Source: an uncultured Candidatus Saccharibacteria bacterium
Lineage (GTDB): Bacteria > Patescibacteriota > WWE3 > CAZQFB01
Assembly: GCA_964592525.1 (NCBI GenBank)
Contig: CAZQFB010000001.1
Span: 212,413-276,412 of the forward strand
Length of the DNA: 64,000 nucleotides
Direction: 5' to 3'
Part shown: positions 1-10,439 of the stretch, piece after piece
How positions within the stretch are numbered: position 1 is the first letter of the stretch
How the letters are laid out: each line of letters opens with the position of its first letter
Translations under genes and position numbers: made by a program
Notes under the pieces: generated by a model
Seen by the model: the letters and a program-made list of their open reading frames with translations, nothing else
What the model was told of the DNA's origin: nothing
The model's database searches: none

Positions 1-24
1 GCTTTAAATCTATAAACCTTTGGT

Positions 25-1740
25 TTACAGATTTACCTTGCTATCTTTAAGATCCACGTGTGCTTTTTCTTTATCCACGGCGGTTTTGGGGGTAAATAAA
101 TGAGTAAGTAACTTACCCCCCGCATTCTTCCAGAAAGCGAAGGATTTCATGTTGACCTTAGTTTGGTTGGGATCAAAATCCAACAGATGTCCCATTAATT
201 TCTTGGCGGCAATCAGTAGGAATTTCATATCTGCCAGGCTTCTAATGGCCATAAGTTCTCTGAAAATAAATTGGGGGGACATGAAAGAGCTGTAGAGCTC
301 CTGTTCCAATTCTAGTATTTTCTCATGGGCAAAAGGCATTTTCATTACCGGTTGACGCATATCAAAATCTTCATACTCCTCGGTTAACAACCAACCTTTT
401 TCTTTACACTCCTTGTAAAGTGGAGTGCCGGGGTAGGGGATGACCAGCGTGGCTTGCATAGTTTTGTAATAACCTTTTTTAAAAGCATACTTGGCAATAG
501 CGATAGTCCTTTTGGCATCTTCATAGCTTTCCCAGGGATAACCTAGCATGATCGTGACATGGGGGTGCAGACCGGCTTTAGTGGCCATTTTAGGACCGTT
601 AATGGCGTCGGCTTCCAAAGTGCCTTTATCAAGTTTATCCAAAGTTTTCTGGTTGCCAGATTCCATACCGTAGAGAATAAACCTAAACCCAGCCTTGCCC
701 ATCAGATCATAGTATTCTTGAGTGAGGGCATTAAAGCGCATATTAATGCCGTACTTAATCTTTTTGTGATAACCACTCTCAATCATAAGCTCGCAGAACT
801 TTTTGAGCCTTGGACCAATCATAAAAGTGCCGGCGTCATCAAATACTTCTTTCACACCATAGTTATCCACCACATGCTTAACTTCGGCAAAAAGACGCTC
901 GGGTGACATGGAGCGATAGGATCCTTTCGGGTAGAGAGTGTTGTCCCACACGCAAAAGGTGCACCTATTCCACCAGCAATCACGGCCAGAGTACATATAG
1001 GTACCGGGGAAGTATTTATAGTTGCCATTTTCGTAGGCATATAATTTCCATTTAGTGAGCTCTCTATCCACAAAAGGCAGGTCATCCAGATTGTGTTTAA
1101 GCGAAGCTGGGCCGCTATTGCAGATTTTCTCTCCGGATATTAAGGTGTCGGTGCCCAAGGGTGTGGCTTTGATCAAGGTGTCTTCTGCCCGCCAAAATAC
1201 TCCACCCTCCAGTGCCTCTCCTTGGTGGATATGGTTAAGAAGATTCACAATTACAAAATCGTAATCACCTCCGGTAATGGCGTAATCAACGGGTGAGTGT
1301 TCGAATATTTCCAGAGGAAGATAAGTGATATGATCTCCTACCCAGATAAGCTTGAGTTGCGGGAAGCGCTTTTTAAGATCCTTTATTTGCTCCCAGTGCT
1401 TTTTGACGATAGGGGATTTGGTTTCCACCATTAGGTAATCGGGGTTTAGGGAAGCAAGCTCGTTGGCCCACTGTTCATAATTCTTCCTCTCCGCAATCCC
1501 GTCTAGCCAGTAGACTTTGTAGCCATGTTCCTTTAGCAAGGAAGCGGCGTAAGCGGGAACCATGGGATAGATGTAGGTGGGGGCATTGAAGTACTGAAAC
1601 TGTCTGTTTTGAGATAGAAGTGCCGTACCTTTGTGGCTTTCAATGGGTGGATATCCTACTACAACCTTAATATCAGATAGTGGTTGCTGATCCCTCGCCT
1701 CGGTAGATAAATTGTTGCTGGTTAAATCTTTAGCGCTCAC
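25..1740 (-). CDS. B12-binding-domain radical SAM protein (HpnJ/BchE-like class B)
   Basis: N-terminal cobalamin-binding-like domain, GRDCWWNRCTFC cysteine motif, YGMESG and PYPGTPLY motifs. Confidence 0.85.
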   Translation of the reverse strand: MSAKDLTSNNLSTEARDQQPLSDIKVVVGYPPIESHKGTALLSQNRQFQYFNAPTYIYPMVPAYAASLLKEHGYKVYWLDGIAERKNYEQWANELASLNPDYLMVETKSPIVKKHWEQIKDLKKRFPQLKLIWVGDHITYLPLEIFEHSPVDYAITGGDYDFVIVNLLNHIHQGEALEGGVFWRAEDTLIKATPLGTDTLISGEKICNSGPASLKHNLDDLPFVDRELTKWKLYAYENGNYKYFPGTYMYSGRDCWWNRCTFCVWDNTLYPKGSYRSMSPERLFAEVKHVVDNYGVKEVFDDAGTFMIGPRLKKFCELMIESGYHKKIKYGINMRFNALTQEYYDLMGKAGFRFILYGMESGNQKTLDKLDKGTLEADAINGPKMATKAGLHPHVTIMLGYPWESYEDAKRTIAIAKYAFKKGYYKTMQATLVIPYPGTPLYKECKEKGWLLTEEYEDFDMRQPVMKMPFAHEKILELEQELYSSFMSPQFIFRELMAIRSLADMKFLLIAAKKLMGHLLDFDPNQTKVNMKSFAFWKNAGGKLLTHLFTPKTAVDKEKAHVDLKDSKVNL

Positions 1741-1781
1741 AGAGTTTGATTTTAAGGGATTAACTAGGGAGGAGCAAATAA

Positions 1782-2042
1782 TTAGTGTTGGGGGTAGATT
1801 TTCTCTCCGTTTTGGTAGACCTCAATCGCAAAAACAGGACAGCTCTGCGCCCCAGCTATTATCTTTTCTAGTTTATCCCACTCGCCTTTTTTGATAATGG
1901 CTATACCCTCCTCATCAAGGTCAAAGGTGTTCGGTGAATACACGGTGCAGGTAGCCGCACTAATACATTTATCCCGCAGAATGTGGATCTCAAGATCACC
2001 TTTTTTTACTATTTCTATGTTAGTTGGATAAGGATTGCTCAT
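1782..2042 (-). CDS. Single-cluster ferredoxin (probably [3Fe-4S], Fer4_13/15 type)
   Basis: CISAATC...AQSCPVFAI pattern with Ala replacing the second Cys; start taken at ATG 2042. Confidence 0.85.
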   Translation of the reverse strand: MSNPYPTNIEIVKKGDLEIHILRDKCISAATCTVYSPNTFDLDEEGIAIIKKGEWDKLEKIIAGAQSCPVFAIEVYQNGEKIYPQH

Positions 2043-2090
2043 TATTACCGTTAAAATATCATCTACCACTAAAGGTGTTCAAGCTAGTTT

Positions 2091-3737
2091 TTAGTGGTTG
2101 TTTTGTGCCAACAGAAAAAGCCCGTATTTTTGATCAATTAGTTGCCAATCTCCCGTGGAGATTAGCTGCTGTAAATCGGCAGGTAGCGGAATGGTACCCA
2201 CAAAATTAGAGACTTCTTCAGTATCGTGTACTCCATTGACAGTATCTACTAATATATACTCTGCTTCTTTGTTTACGATAAAGGGATCAGCGGGTGAATA
2301 ATAAATCCATATCTTTTGTCTGGAGGAGAGAGCTCCTGTGAATTTATGATTAGTTGCAGTTGGTGCGTTTTTTGGAATTGAGGCGATCATTTGCCAAGCA
2401 ATTGTATCCCGGGGACTTAACTGGTAGCGAAAGCTGTCACTCTCGGTGAATAAGGCTTTGTATATTGGCGAGTACATATAAAAACCCCATAAGGTAGTTA
2501 TAAGAATTAGAAAAGGAATATAGCGAGCCTTTCTGAAGTATCTAGAAAGATTTGCATTTGCCTGGATAGCTCCAGTTATTAGGAAGGGAATAACGGCAGC
2601 AAAATAATATATCAATACGGGTAAGCGGAAATCCCGGGTTGATACATTGAGTAGAAAATTTCTTCCTATTGTCGGAAGTAGACCGATTAAGTATGTTGGG
2701 CTAAGAATGGGAATATACATAAATGGCTTAAGAAGTAAATTTTTCAAAAACTCTGTTTTTCTCACCTCAAAGAAGAAATCAATAAACGTATACCTGGTAT
2801 GTTCCCGCATATAGGCAATAATTTCATGAGCGTTACTTCCGAAATGACTGTAGTTATCCAAGGGACCATACCTGGGTATTTGCACCTGACTGTATTCAAG
2901 TAAATGTGCAGACCAGCGAGCTGAAATAATAAACCACAATAACCCAACAACTATTGGTACTAAACACCATTTGAATAAGTAGGTAAGCTGAATTTTAATT
3001 GTTTCTTTGTGGCTCGCAGTGAGGATTTTTTTCTTACTACTCTGCTTCCAAGTCAGCACAGTTTTCAAAATGAAGCTCCATTTATTGCCTCTCTTTAACA
3101 TCGGTAATAAGGTCTCAATTTTGTGACTTATTATCTGGAATATTCTGGCAATCAAGGTTAATAACCCAAAACTAGCAATCACTGGGGCGTTTGTTTCGTT
3201 ACACGAGAGAGCTAATACCATAGCTAACAGAAAAAGTTTGTATCTGCTCTGGATATAAAAGTAAATCATTAACAACAGGAAAAAGATTACATAAGTTTCA
3301 AATCTAAGATCAGAAAGCACAATCCAGTGTAATAAGGGGTTTAGCAGATATATTAGTGAAAACAGTACGGCTTGGTTTTTGTTTTTAAGAACTTTTTGCG
3401 CCATTAGAAATATCGGAATTGCTCCCAAGGAGAGAAAGAGAGTTTGTAAAAGTAGAAGCATAGTCACATCTGGCTTGAAGATATAAAAGGGCAGAATAAG
3501 AAACATAATTAGATCTACATGTTGACTAAAAAAGGGTAATCTTTCGTTGTTATATACTGTTTGGAAAAGAGGGTCTTTGCCATAACTTAGGTTATACATC
3601 GTCTGGTTTCTTTGACCAATGTCCATAGCCCACCAGGTTGAAAAAGACCTGTATTGATCGTTCGCCAGAGAGAAACCAATTAGTGTAAATATGGTTATCA
3701 CAGTGCCAAGTAATATCAAATAGTATCTTGATTTCAT
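2091..3737 (-). CDS. DUF2079-like GT-C membrane glycosyltransferase
   Basis: Multi-TM; DIGQ..Q..YN, FSQHVDLI and LLLLQTL..SLGAIPIF motifs. Confidence 0.75.
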   Translation of the reverse strand: MKSRYYLILLGTVITIFTLIGFSLANDQYRSFSTWWAMDIGQRNQTMYNLSYGKDPLFQTVYNNERLPFFSQHVDLIMFLILPFYIFKPDVTMLLLLQTLFLSLGAIPIFLMAQKVLKNKNQAVLFSLIYLLNPLLHWIVLSDLRFETYVIFFLLLMIYFYIQSRYKLFLLAMVLALSCNETNAPVIASFGLLTLIARIFQIISHKIETLLPMLKRGNKWSFILKTVLTWKQSSKKKILTASHKETIKIQLTYLFKWCLVPIVVGLLWFIISARWSAHLLEYSQVQIPRYGPLDNYSHFGSNAHEIIAYMREHTRYTFIDFFFEVRKTEFLKNLLLKPFMYIPILSPTYLIGLLPTIGRNFLLNVSTRDFRLPVLIYYFAAVIPFLITGAIQANANLSRYFRKARYIPFLILITTLWGFYMYSPIYKALFTESDSFRYQLSPRDTIAWQMIASIPKNAPTATNHKFTGALSSRQKIWIYYSPADPFIVNKEAEYILVDTVNGVHDTEEVSNFVGTIPLPADLQQLISTGDWQLIDQKYGLFLLAQNNH

Positions 3738-3783
3738 TTTTTAGGGTAACATCTTTGATTATTATATCTGTTTATTGTAATTC

Positions 3784-4533
3784 ATGGTCAATAATAAAAC
3801 CATATCTGTAGTAATACCCTGTCACAATGAGGAGGAAAGTATTCTCCACACACTCTCCATGGTGCCAAAAGAGGTTGATGAGGTAATAGTAGTAGATAAT
3901 CTCTCAAGTGACAGGACTGCTTCTAATGCGCGTGAGGCTGGAGCTACTGTGGTTTTGGAAGAAAATAAGGGCTATGGTTATGCTATCAAGGCAGGTATCA
4001 GAAGCGCTTCCGGAGATGTGGTGATAGTCGCGGACGGTGATGGAACTTATCCTTTTGAGCTTGCGACTACTTTGGCTTCTCATCTTGTAACTAGTAACTT
4101 AGAGTTTATTTCCTGCTCAAGATTTCCTCTTACCACTAAAGAAAGTATGTCGCCGGTAAATGTGCTTGGAACAAAAATATTAAACCTCGTTGCCTTTATG
4201 TTGTATGGTGTTTGGTTTAGGGATATTCTCTCTGGAATGTGGGTTTTTAAAAGAGAGGCAGTAACGCAATTAGATTTGGTGAGTAATGATTGGAATCTTT
4301 CAGAAGAGATAAAGATAGAGGCGGCAAGGAAAACTAAATTTAAAGAGGTTCATATTAACCATAATGTTAGATTAGGTGAAACAAAATTGATGAAATGGTA
4401 CGTGGGTTTGGAAAATTTAGTTTTTCTTTTTTGGAAAAGGTTTTTCCCAACTCGCGCTTTACCAACCTGTTTTAGAATCACACAATATCAGAATAAGTTT
4501 GAACCTACACCAAATATAAAAAATGAAAAGTAA
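3784..4533 (+). CDS. GT2 polyprenol-phosphate glycosyltransferase (DPM1-like)
   Basis: VVIPCHNEE, VVDN.S.D.T, NKGYG and DGDGTYP motifs. Confidence 0.9.
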   Translation: MVNNKTISVVIPCHNEEESILHTLSMVPKEVDEVIVVDNLSSDRTASNAREAGATVVLEENKGYGYAIKAGIRSASGDVVIVADGDGTYPFELATTLASHLVTSNLEFISCSRFPLTTKESMSPVNVLGTKILNLVAFMLYGVWFRDILSGMWVFKREAVTQLDLVSNDWNLSEEIKIEAARKTKFKEVHINHNVRLGETKLMKWYVGLENLVFLFWKRFFPTRALPTCFRITQYQNKFEPTPNIKNEK

Positions 4534-5971
4534 CCACACAAAAAATAGGCGAGTTGTTGTTATTGGTGCTGGTCCTACAGGACTCTCGGCGGCTTATTAT
4601 TTAGTCAATGGTGGTGGCGATGCAATTGTGCTTGAAAAGCAATCTGCTGTAGGTGGGATGGCTAAAACAATTAAGTACAAAGACATAAAGGTAGATTTTG
4701 GACCGCATCGTTTCACGCCCCACACTCAACAGGTTAAGGATCTGGTGTTTGACTTGATGGGTAGCAGTATTCTTATAAAACCACAGGTCTCAAAAATATA
4801 TCTTTGGGGAAACTACTTAAGTTACCCCTTAAAAATGACTTCTATACTTAGGTCTGTTAATCCCTTGATTCTTCTTAAGATCGGTTTTTCCTATCTACTC
4901 AAGCTTGTTAAGTCTGGTTTAAGGGGGGGTGCAATCAGAAATTATCGGGAGTATATGGAATATAATTTCGGACCATATTTAGCGCGAGAAGTATTTTGTC
5001 CAATAATTGAGAAGACTTGGAAGTTAGACCCTTCTGAAATTTCGCTTGATCTAGCGAAACAACGCGTAGCAATGGAGAGTTTGTTGAAGACATTTCTTAA
5101 TATTATTCTTAAAAGAAAACCAGCTGTATACGCTACGCAATTAATGCCAGCAGATCACTTCTATTACCCTCAAGGAGGTTTTGGGACTATTTCGGAGAAA
5201 CTAAAAGAAGAGATTCTAAAACAAGGAGGTCACCTTGAGTTGAAGGCAGAGTTAACCGGGATTATTTGTAAAAAGGGAAAGGCTACTGCTGTTACTTATA
5301 AACAAGAGGGTTTGACCAAAACAGTGCTCTGTGACTCGGTAATAGCTACTTGCCCCCTTACGGAAATAGTATCTAAGTTATCAGGTTGTGATATTCCAGC
5401 AGGGATAAAGCAGGCAAGTGAGCATCTTAAGTTTCGTCATCTGCGCATCCTTTTCTTAGTGCTTAATAGAAACAGGCTTAGTGAGGATATTTCTATATTT
5501 TATCCTGATTTGTCCTTGCCTTTTGGGCGATTGTTTGAGCAGAAGAATTACGATGAGCATATGGTGCCAGAGGGTAAAACTGTTCTGGGAGTGGAGTTGA
5601 CTTGTGCGGACGAAGACTATTACTGGTCTGTTTCGGATGAGGGATTAGGCAAGGAAATAATAAATTCGCTAGTAAAGGTGGGTCTTATTACTGCTGAAGA
5701 AGTGTTGGATTATTTCAGCCAGCGCAATTCTTTTTCGTATCCTGTTTATGATCTTGAGTATAAAGATAATTTAGAAAAATTAACCTTGTTTACCGATCAG
5801 ATAACTAATTTAATCATTGTAGGGCGAGCTGCCTCATTTTTATATAACAACACACACCACTCTCTGGAGATGGGTTATTTGGCTGCTAAGCAGGTGCTTT
5901 CAGGGGATGATACTATTAAAGAGTGGGCAAAAGACAGAGAACTTTTTCATTCGTATACGATAGTGGAGTAG
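4523..5971 (+). CDS. FAD-dependent oxidoreductase (protoporphyrinogen-oxidase/UDP-galactopyranose-mutase-like family)
   Basis: GAGPTGLSAA Rossmann motif, D.GPHRF, YYP.GG.G, YPVYD and GR..F.YNN motifs. Confidence 0.8.
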   Translation: MKSNHTKNRRVVVIGAGPTGLSAAYYLVNGGGDAIVLEKQSAVGGMAKTIKYKDIKVDFGPHRFTPHTQQVKDLVFDLMGSSILIKPQVSKIYLWGNYLSYPLKMTSILRSVNPLILLKIGFSYLLKLVKSGLRGGAIRNYREYMEYNFGPYLAREVFCPIIEKTWKLDPSEISLDLAKQRVAMESLLKTFLNIILKRKPAVYATQLMPADHFYYPQGGFGTISEKLKEEILKQGGHLELKAELTGIICKKGKATAVTYKQEGLTKTVLCDSVIATCPLTEIVSKLSGCDIPAGIKQASEHLKFRHLRILFLVLNRNRLSEDISIFYPDLSLPFGRLFEQKNYDEHMVPEGKTVLGVELTCADEDYYWSVSDEGLGKEIINSLVKVGLITAEEVLDYFSQRNSFSYPVYDLEYKDNLEKLTLFTDQITNLIIVGRAASFLYNNTHHSLEMGYLAAKQVLSGDDTIKEWAKDRELFHSYTIVE

Positions 5972-5975
5972 ATCA

Positions 5976-6338
5976 ATGAACTCATCTTTCATCTTAATCC
6001 TTATTAACATTCTCCTAGCGGTGTCGGGGCAAACTTTTATTAAACAAGGTGTAGCTAAAGTTGGTGATTATTCGACAATGCCGGTAGTGTTGTTTTTCCA
6101 ACAGGCGCTCCTTTCTCCTTTTGTGATTTTAGGTGTGCTCTTATATATTTTATCTTCTTTTGTGTGGTTTCTTGTTCTTTCCAAATTAGATCTTAGTATA
6201 GCTTATCCAGCGTTAAGCTTAGGTTATATCCTGGTTTTGGCGATTGGTGTTTTTTATCTTAACGAACCACTGACATTTTACAAATTACTTGGTGTTATAT
6301 TTATTTGTTTGGGTACTTTTCTCGTTTTCCATAAATAA
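5976..6338 (+). CDS. EamA/SMR-type small transporter (ArnE/F-like undecaprenyl-phosphate-sugar flippase)
   Basis: 120 aa, 4 TM, GQ.FIK.G and LS.AYP motifs. Confidence 0.8.
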   Translation: MNSSFILILINILLAVSGQTFIKQGVAKVGDYSTMPVVLFFQQALLSPFVILGVLLYILSSFVWFLVLSKLDLSIAYPALSLGYILVLAIGVFYLNEPLTFYKLLGVIFICLGTFLVFHK

Positions 6339-6462
6339 TTCAATTTAACACCCAAGTTATTTTGAATGGTAAAAAGCTGAACGTATTTGACTGTTGCTAG
6401 AATACTGTTTATTACCTTGTGAATAAAAGGAGCTGAAGGCGCTTGCCTGAAACAGGTACAGG

Positions 6463-7500
6463 TTAGATTTTTCTTTGCGAATAGCCACTCTTGCCGGTAA
6501 AAAAGCCCTTGAGAAAGGCTACTCCGTAAGTAAGGTGCATTAGAAATAATACCACTGCGGATCTGAAAGCAGTAGTTATTTCTCCGCTTTTAAAAATAAT
6601 TTGGTAGATAAGATCAGATATTAGAATCAGGTAAAGCAATAAAGGCACGGAAAATATCGCCAAATAGTAGGAGGAGATCTTTGTCACCCCCAGATAGGTG
6701 CTACTTATCATTAGGAGTAAGGTGGCAAGGTAGACCACAAAAAGTGAGGGTACTAAATACCACCACCTTAGCGAGTTGGTGTCTCCCTGGGCAAAAAAAG
6801 CTCCTCGATGCTCTCCGTATTGAGCGTGCTGGTGCAAAAACTTGCGCAAGCTGTTTCTGCGGAAGTGATAAACCTGGATGGAAGGGTGATAGTAAATGCT
6901 ACCCCCTAGTATTTTGATTAGATCATTGCATAACTTGCTATCTTCACCCGGCCAGTATTTAACATCAAACCCATTGAGTTTGTTGAAAGCAGATTTCAAA
7001 ATAAAAAAATTCATGGTGGGAAAATCATCCACAAATCTGGGTTTTTCTTTTTGGAACCTGTAGCTCAACCCGCCACTCCCTAGCCAGGTACAAAGTAACG
7101 CGTCAAAGGCTTTTTCCCAAGGTTTGGCTTCTTTGGGCAACATGCCGGGTCCACAGATGGACATTACCTTTTGCTTTTTCAGATGATAACGAGCGGCTTC
7201 TAGCCAATCCGGTTCTGGATAGGCATCATCATCTATAAAGACTAGATATTTGCCTCTGGCTTGGCTGACACCAAGATTCCTTTTTTGTGAAGGGTGAGAA
7301 ATGTTTGGCGTCTCAATAATTTTGAGAAAGGGGTATTTTTTCTGAAGCCTTTTATCCCATTTAGTTGCTTTGTTTGGTAGCACGATGACCTCAAAAGAAT
7401 CTATCGTTTGCTTGGCTAAAGCAGGCAGGTTATATTTTTTAATAAAGGCATTTACCTTGAGGACAGGAATGATTATGGAGAAGGTTGGTTTCTTTTTCAT
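6463..7500 (-). CDS. GT2 glycosyltransferase with C-terminal TM helices
   Basis: FSIIIP, RNLG, FIDDD and PGED motifs. Confidence 0.85.
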   Translation of the reverse strand: MKKKPTFSIIIPVLKVNAFIKKYNLPALAKQTIDSFEVIVLPNKATKWDKRLQKKYPFLKIIETPNISHPSQKRNLGVSQARGKYLVFIDDDAYPEPDWLEAARYHLKKQKVMSICGPGMLPKEAKPWEKAFDALLCTWLGSGGLSYRFQKEKPRFVDDFPTMNFFILKSAFNKLNGFDVKYWPGEDSKLCNDLIKILGGSIYYHPSIQVYHFRRNSLRKFLHQHAQYGEHRGAFFAQGDTNSLRWWYLVPSLFVVYLATLLLMISSTYLGVTKISSYYLAIFSVPLLLYLILISDLIYQIIFKSGEITTAFRSAVVLFLMHLTYGVAFLKGFFTGKSGYSQRKI

Positions 7501-7574
7501 AGTAATTACTATTGTGCGTCTTATATTACCTAATCATCGCCTAGTGTGCAAAAAATGCTATAGTATTTGCTGTT

Positions 7575-8441
7575 ATGGTAAAAGATGTTTCTATTGTCGT
7601 GCCGGTGTATAACGAAGAAAAAGGTATTTCTGCGGTTGTTACCGAAATTAGTCACAAAATCAAAGAGCTAGCACTTAACGCTGAAATTATCATTGTGAAT
7701 GATGGTTCTACGGATAACACGGCTTCCCTTCTGAACAAGTTAGTTAAAGAGCACCAAAATTTGCGGGTGTTAACTCATAAGGGCAATCGTGGTTACGGTG
7801 CGGCTTTAAAAACCGGTATTTTGCAGGCTAATCAGGAAACAATCGCGGTGATTGATGCTGATTGCACCTATCCTCTGGATCATTTTCAAGATCTGCTAGC
7901 GGGAATGGACGAAGCCGATATGGTCGTGGGAGCACGAACAGGAGACACGGTAGAAGTGGAAACTCTGCGCCGACCGGCTAAATGGTTCCTACGCAAATTG
8001 GCTGGCTATTTGGCTGAACGGGATATTCCCGATGTGAACTCGGGTTTTAGAGTGTTTAACCGTGAAATTGCGCTTAGCTATTTTCATATTCTCCCTAATA
8101 AGTTTTCTTTTACTACTACCATTACCTTAGCCATGTTTGCCGATGACTATACGGTGGCTTACGTGCCCATAAATTATTATGGTCGCAAAGGTGATTCCAA
8201 AATTAGACCCTTTGATGCCTGGAATTTTTTGGTGCTAATTCTGAAAACTATTTTTTACTTTAATCCGTTGAAGATAGTGTTACCGTTAGCCCTGATTACC
8301 GGTTTAGCGGGCTTAAGTAAATTGGGTTATGATGTTTTGGTCTTAGATAACCTAACCGATACTACTGTCTTGCTGATTCTCTTCTCCATCCAAATCCTAG
8401 GATTTGGTTTACTGGCCGACTTGATCGTGAGGCGAACGTGA
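7575..8441 (+). CDS. GT2 polyprenol-phosphate glycosyltransferase (DPM1/ArnC-like)
   Basis: VVPVYNEE, NDGSTD, NRGYG, DAD.TYP and D.NSGFR motifs; two C-terminal TMs. Confidence 0.9.
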   Translation: MVKDVSIVVPVYNEEKGISAVVTEISHKIKELALNAEIIIVNDGSTDNTASLLNKLVKEHQNLRVLTHKGNRGYGAALKTGILQANQETIAVIDADCTYPLDHFQDLLAGMDEADMVVGARTGDTVEVETLRRPAKWFLRKLAGYLAERDIPDVNSGFRVFNREIALSYFHILPNKFSFTTTITLAMFADDYTVAYVPINYYGRKGDSKIRPFDAWNFLVLILKTIFYFNPLKIVLPLALITGLAGLSKLGYDVLVLDNLTDTTVLLILFSIQILGFGLLADLIVRRT

Positions 8442-9421
8442 ACCCTACTTTAAAGAAATACCTGCTCCCCGCCATTCTGTCATTCGTATTTCTCTTCTTT
8501 CTTTTTAAATTGATTGGTGATCCAAAAGCCTTTATTGAAAACATCTTTAATCTCAACCCTTATTATTTGGGGTTGGCTTTTATCTTTTATACGATAGTCG
8601 CTATCGCTCGTTCCTTAAGAATCCAAGCAGTATACCCGGAGGAAAAGTATCCTTTGGGGAAACTGGTGGCAGTATCTAACCTACACACCTTTATCAGTAA
8701 TGTTTTCCCTTCCCGTTTGGGGGAGTTTTCTTTTATTTACCTGATGCGCAAAGTATTTGGTCAACATGCCGGCCGTAACACCATTGCTCTAATCTTTGTG
8801 CGCATTATGGATACTTTTACCGTCGCCTCTTTTTTCATTGTGTCCGCCGGTATTGTGGGGTTTACTCATGCTGGCATAGATCACCTGTGGGTTTTCTTTA
8901 TGCTAGTGGTCCTGCTCGGGTTAGCCTCTTTCTACCTTGATATTTTGGTTAATATTGGGGTGTCATTAGTAAAAGCTATCATCTCCCTAGTTAAGCTTGA
9001 AGGTGTTAGCCCTGTTCGCAAGCTATTGGATTTTTTAGATGCTTTGCTAGGTTTTAAGATGCTTCGTTCAAAGGGAGTTTATGGGCGAACCATGTTTCTT
9101 TCCTTTGTGGTGTGGACCTTTTTAATGCTGGCGAATAAAGCGATGACCATGGCCATGGGTCTGGATCTTACCTTTCCGGTGCTCTTTTTTGCATCCACTG
9201 GAGCGGTGCTCACCAGTTTAATACCGGTGACGACCTTTGCGGCGGTGGGTACCTATGAGTTGGGGTGGATTGGCGCCTTTGCTCTGATTGGGATGGGTAG
9301 GGAAGAGGCTATTATTACCGGTTTAACTATTCACACGATCAACTTTGTCTTCTCGGCAATTTTGGGTGGATTGGGGTTTTTGGTGATAAATAAAAGTACC
9401 CGACAACAAGAAACCCCATAG
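8438..9421 (+). CDS. LPG-synthase-TM family flippase-like membrane protein
   Basis: Multi-TM; PSRLGE, R..D and VGTYE motifs; overlaps the upstream GT2 stop. Confidence 0.8.
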   Translation: MNPTLKKYLLPAILSFVFLFFLFKLIGDPKAFIENIFNLNPYYLGLAFIFYTIVAIARSLRIQAVYPEEKYPLGKLVAVSNLHTFISNVFPSRLGEFSFIYLMRKVFGQHAGRNTIALIFVRIMDTFTVASFFIVSAGIVGFTHAGIDHLWVFFMLVVLLGLASFYLDILVNIGVSLVKAIISLVKLEGVSPVRKLLDFLDALLGFKMLRSKGVYGRTMFLSFVVWTFLMLANKAMTMAMGLDLTFPVLFFASTGAVLTSLIPVTTFAAVGTYELGWIGAFALIGMGREEAIITGLTIHTINFVFSAILGGLGFLVINKSTRQQETP

Positions 9422-9450
9422 TTGATTAAGTGTTTCCTCTTTTATATAAT
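9422..9450 (+). promoter_or_regulatory. sigma70-type promoter
   Basis: TTGATT-17bp-TATAAT. Confidence 0.6.
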
Positions 9451-9523
9451 TCCTTGGCACTCGGAGTTCGCCGAAGTGTCTATCGCCTCGCTCCAAGGGA
9501 GTGAAGGTGCAGGAGGGATCGTT

Positions 9524-10372
9524 GTGAGCGACCCAACACTAGCCCAATTGAAGCAGTTTTTTGATCTGCTCGATGGGGTTCTGGATGCCAAGAGAACACT
9601 CCAAGGCATCATTGAGAAGTGGGGAGTAGTAAGATTGGTAGGCAATACTCCTCACACGCAGAAAGAGCTTCTTCAGCTTCTGCAGGACTACCTTGAGGGT
9701 AGGATTGTGCTTGATCGCTTTGCTCTCTTTAGTGAGCTTCTGCTGAGCCCGGCTGATCAGCTGGAGCGTCTCCGAGCATATGACGAGAAATACTGGGGAG
9801 GTGCAATCTGCGAGGAGCTAAAGGGTTTTCAGTTACCCGATGTAGGTCTTCACCCGCAAAGGGTGAAGGATTTGCGGGTTCTTCATGTGGAATTTGGCTC
9901 TCCGGGAGAGACCCTGGAGAGGTGGTGGCAGGTGATCTCAGCTACCCAGCCCGGGTCTTGGCGATCGGGAGATCTCCAGAGTGATTCTGCTCATCTGGGT
10001 CTCCACAGCCAGGCACGCCACTACCCTCCAGGAATCCATGTGGTTCGCCTAGACCTGGCGGCCCATTGGGAGCCGGAAGCGGGGAGAACCCTGGTGGATG
10101 TATACGCTAGGGTTAGGGAAGCTGGGGAGAAGCTTGCCCATGGTGAGATTCTCTCGGCCTGTGGGCTCCATCCTGATCTGGTAAGGGAGATGGATGGAGA
10201 GAATCTGCCTTTCGTGGATCTGGCAGGGTATCAGGTATTAATGCCTGGTTTACCGACCTGTCGGGCTGTTCCGTGTCTTTACTGGGATAGCCTCAGAGGC
10301 AAGGTCGCCCTCGACGTCGACTCCATTGACTATTTCCTTCCCTCTTGGGCGGCTCCGGTGCTCAGGGAGTAA
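9524..10372 (+). CDS. Hypothetical protein with DGR-target-like (CLec-type) C-terminus
   Basis: AGGAGG before GTG 9524; GC-richer than neighbours; C-terminus VPCLYW...V.LD.D..D....WAAPVLRE with many NNC codons. Confidence 0.6.
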   Translation: MSDPTLAQLKQFFDLLDGVLDAKRTLQGIIEKWGVVRLVGNTPHTQKELLQLLQDYLEGRIVLDRFALFSELLLSPADQLERLRAYDEKYWGGAICEELKGFQLPDVGLHPQRVKDLRVLHVEFGSPGETLERWWQVISATQPGSWRSGDLQSDSAHLGLHSQARHYPPGIHVVRLDLAAHWEPEAGRTLVDVYARVREAGEKLAHGEILSACGLHPDLVREMDGENLPFVDLAGYQVLMPGLPTCRAVPCLYWDSLRGKVALDVDSIDYFLPSWAAPVLRE

Positions 10373-10439
10373 GTACTCCTACTTAGGGTCTTAGGGCTTT
10401 TGGTGATAAGTCCTTGGACCTTTGTTTGAGAGAAAGAGA

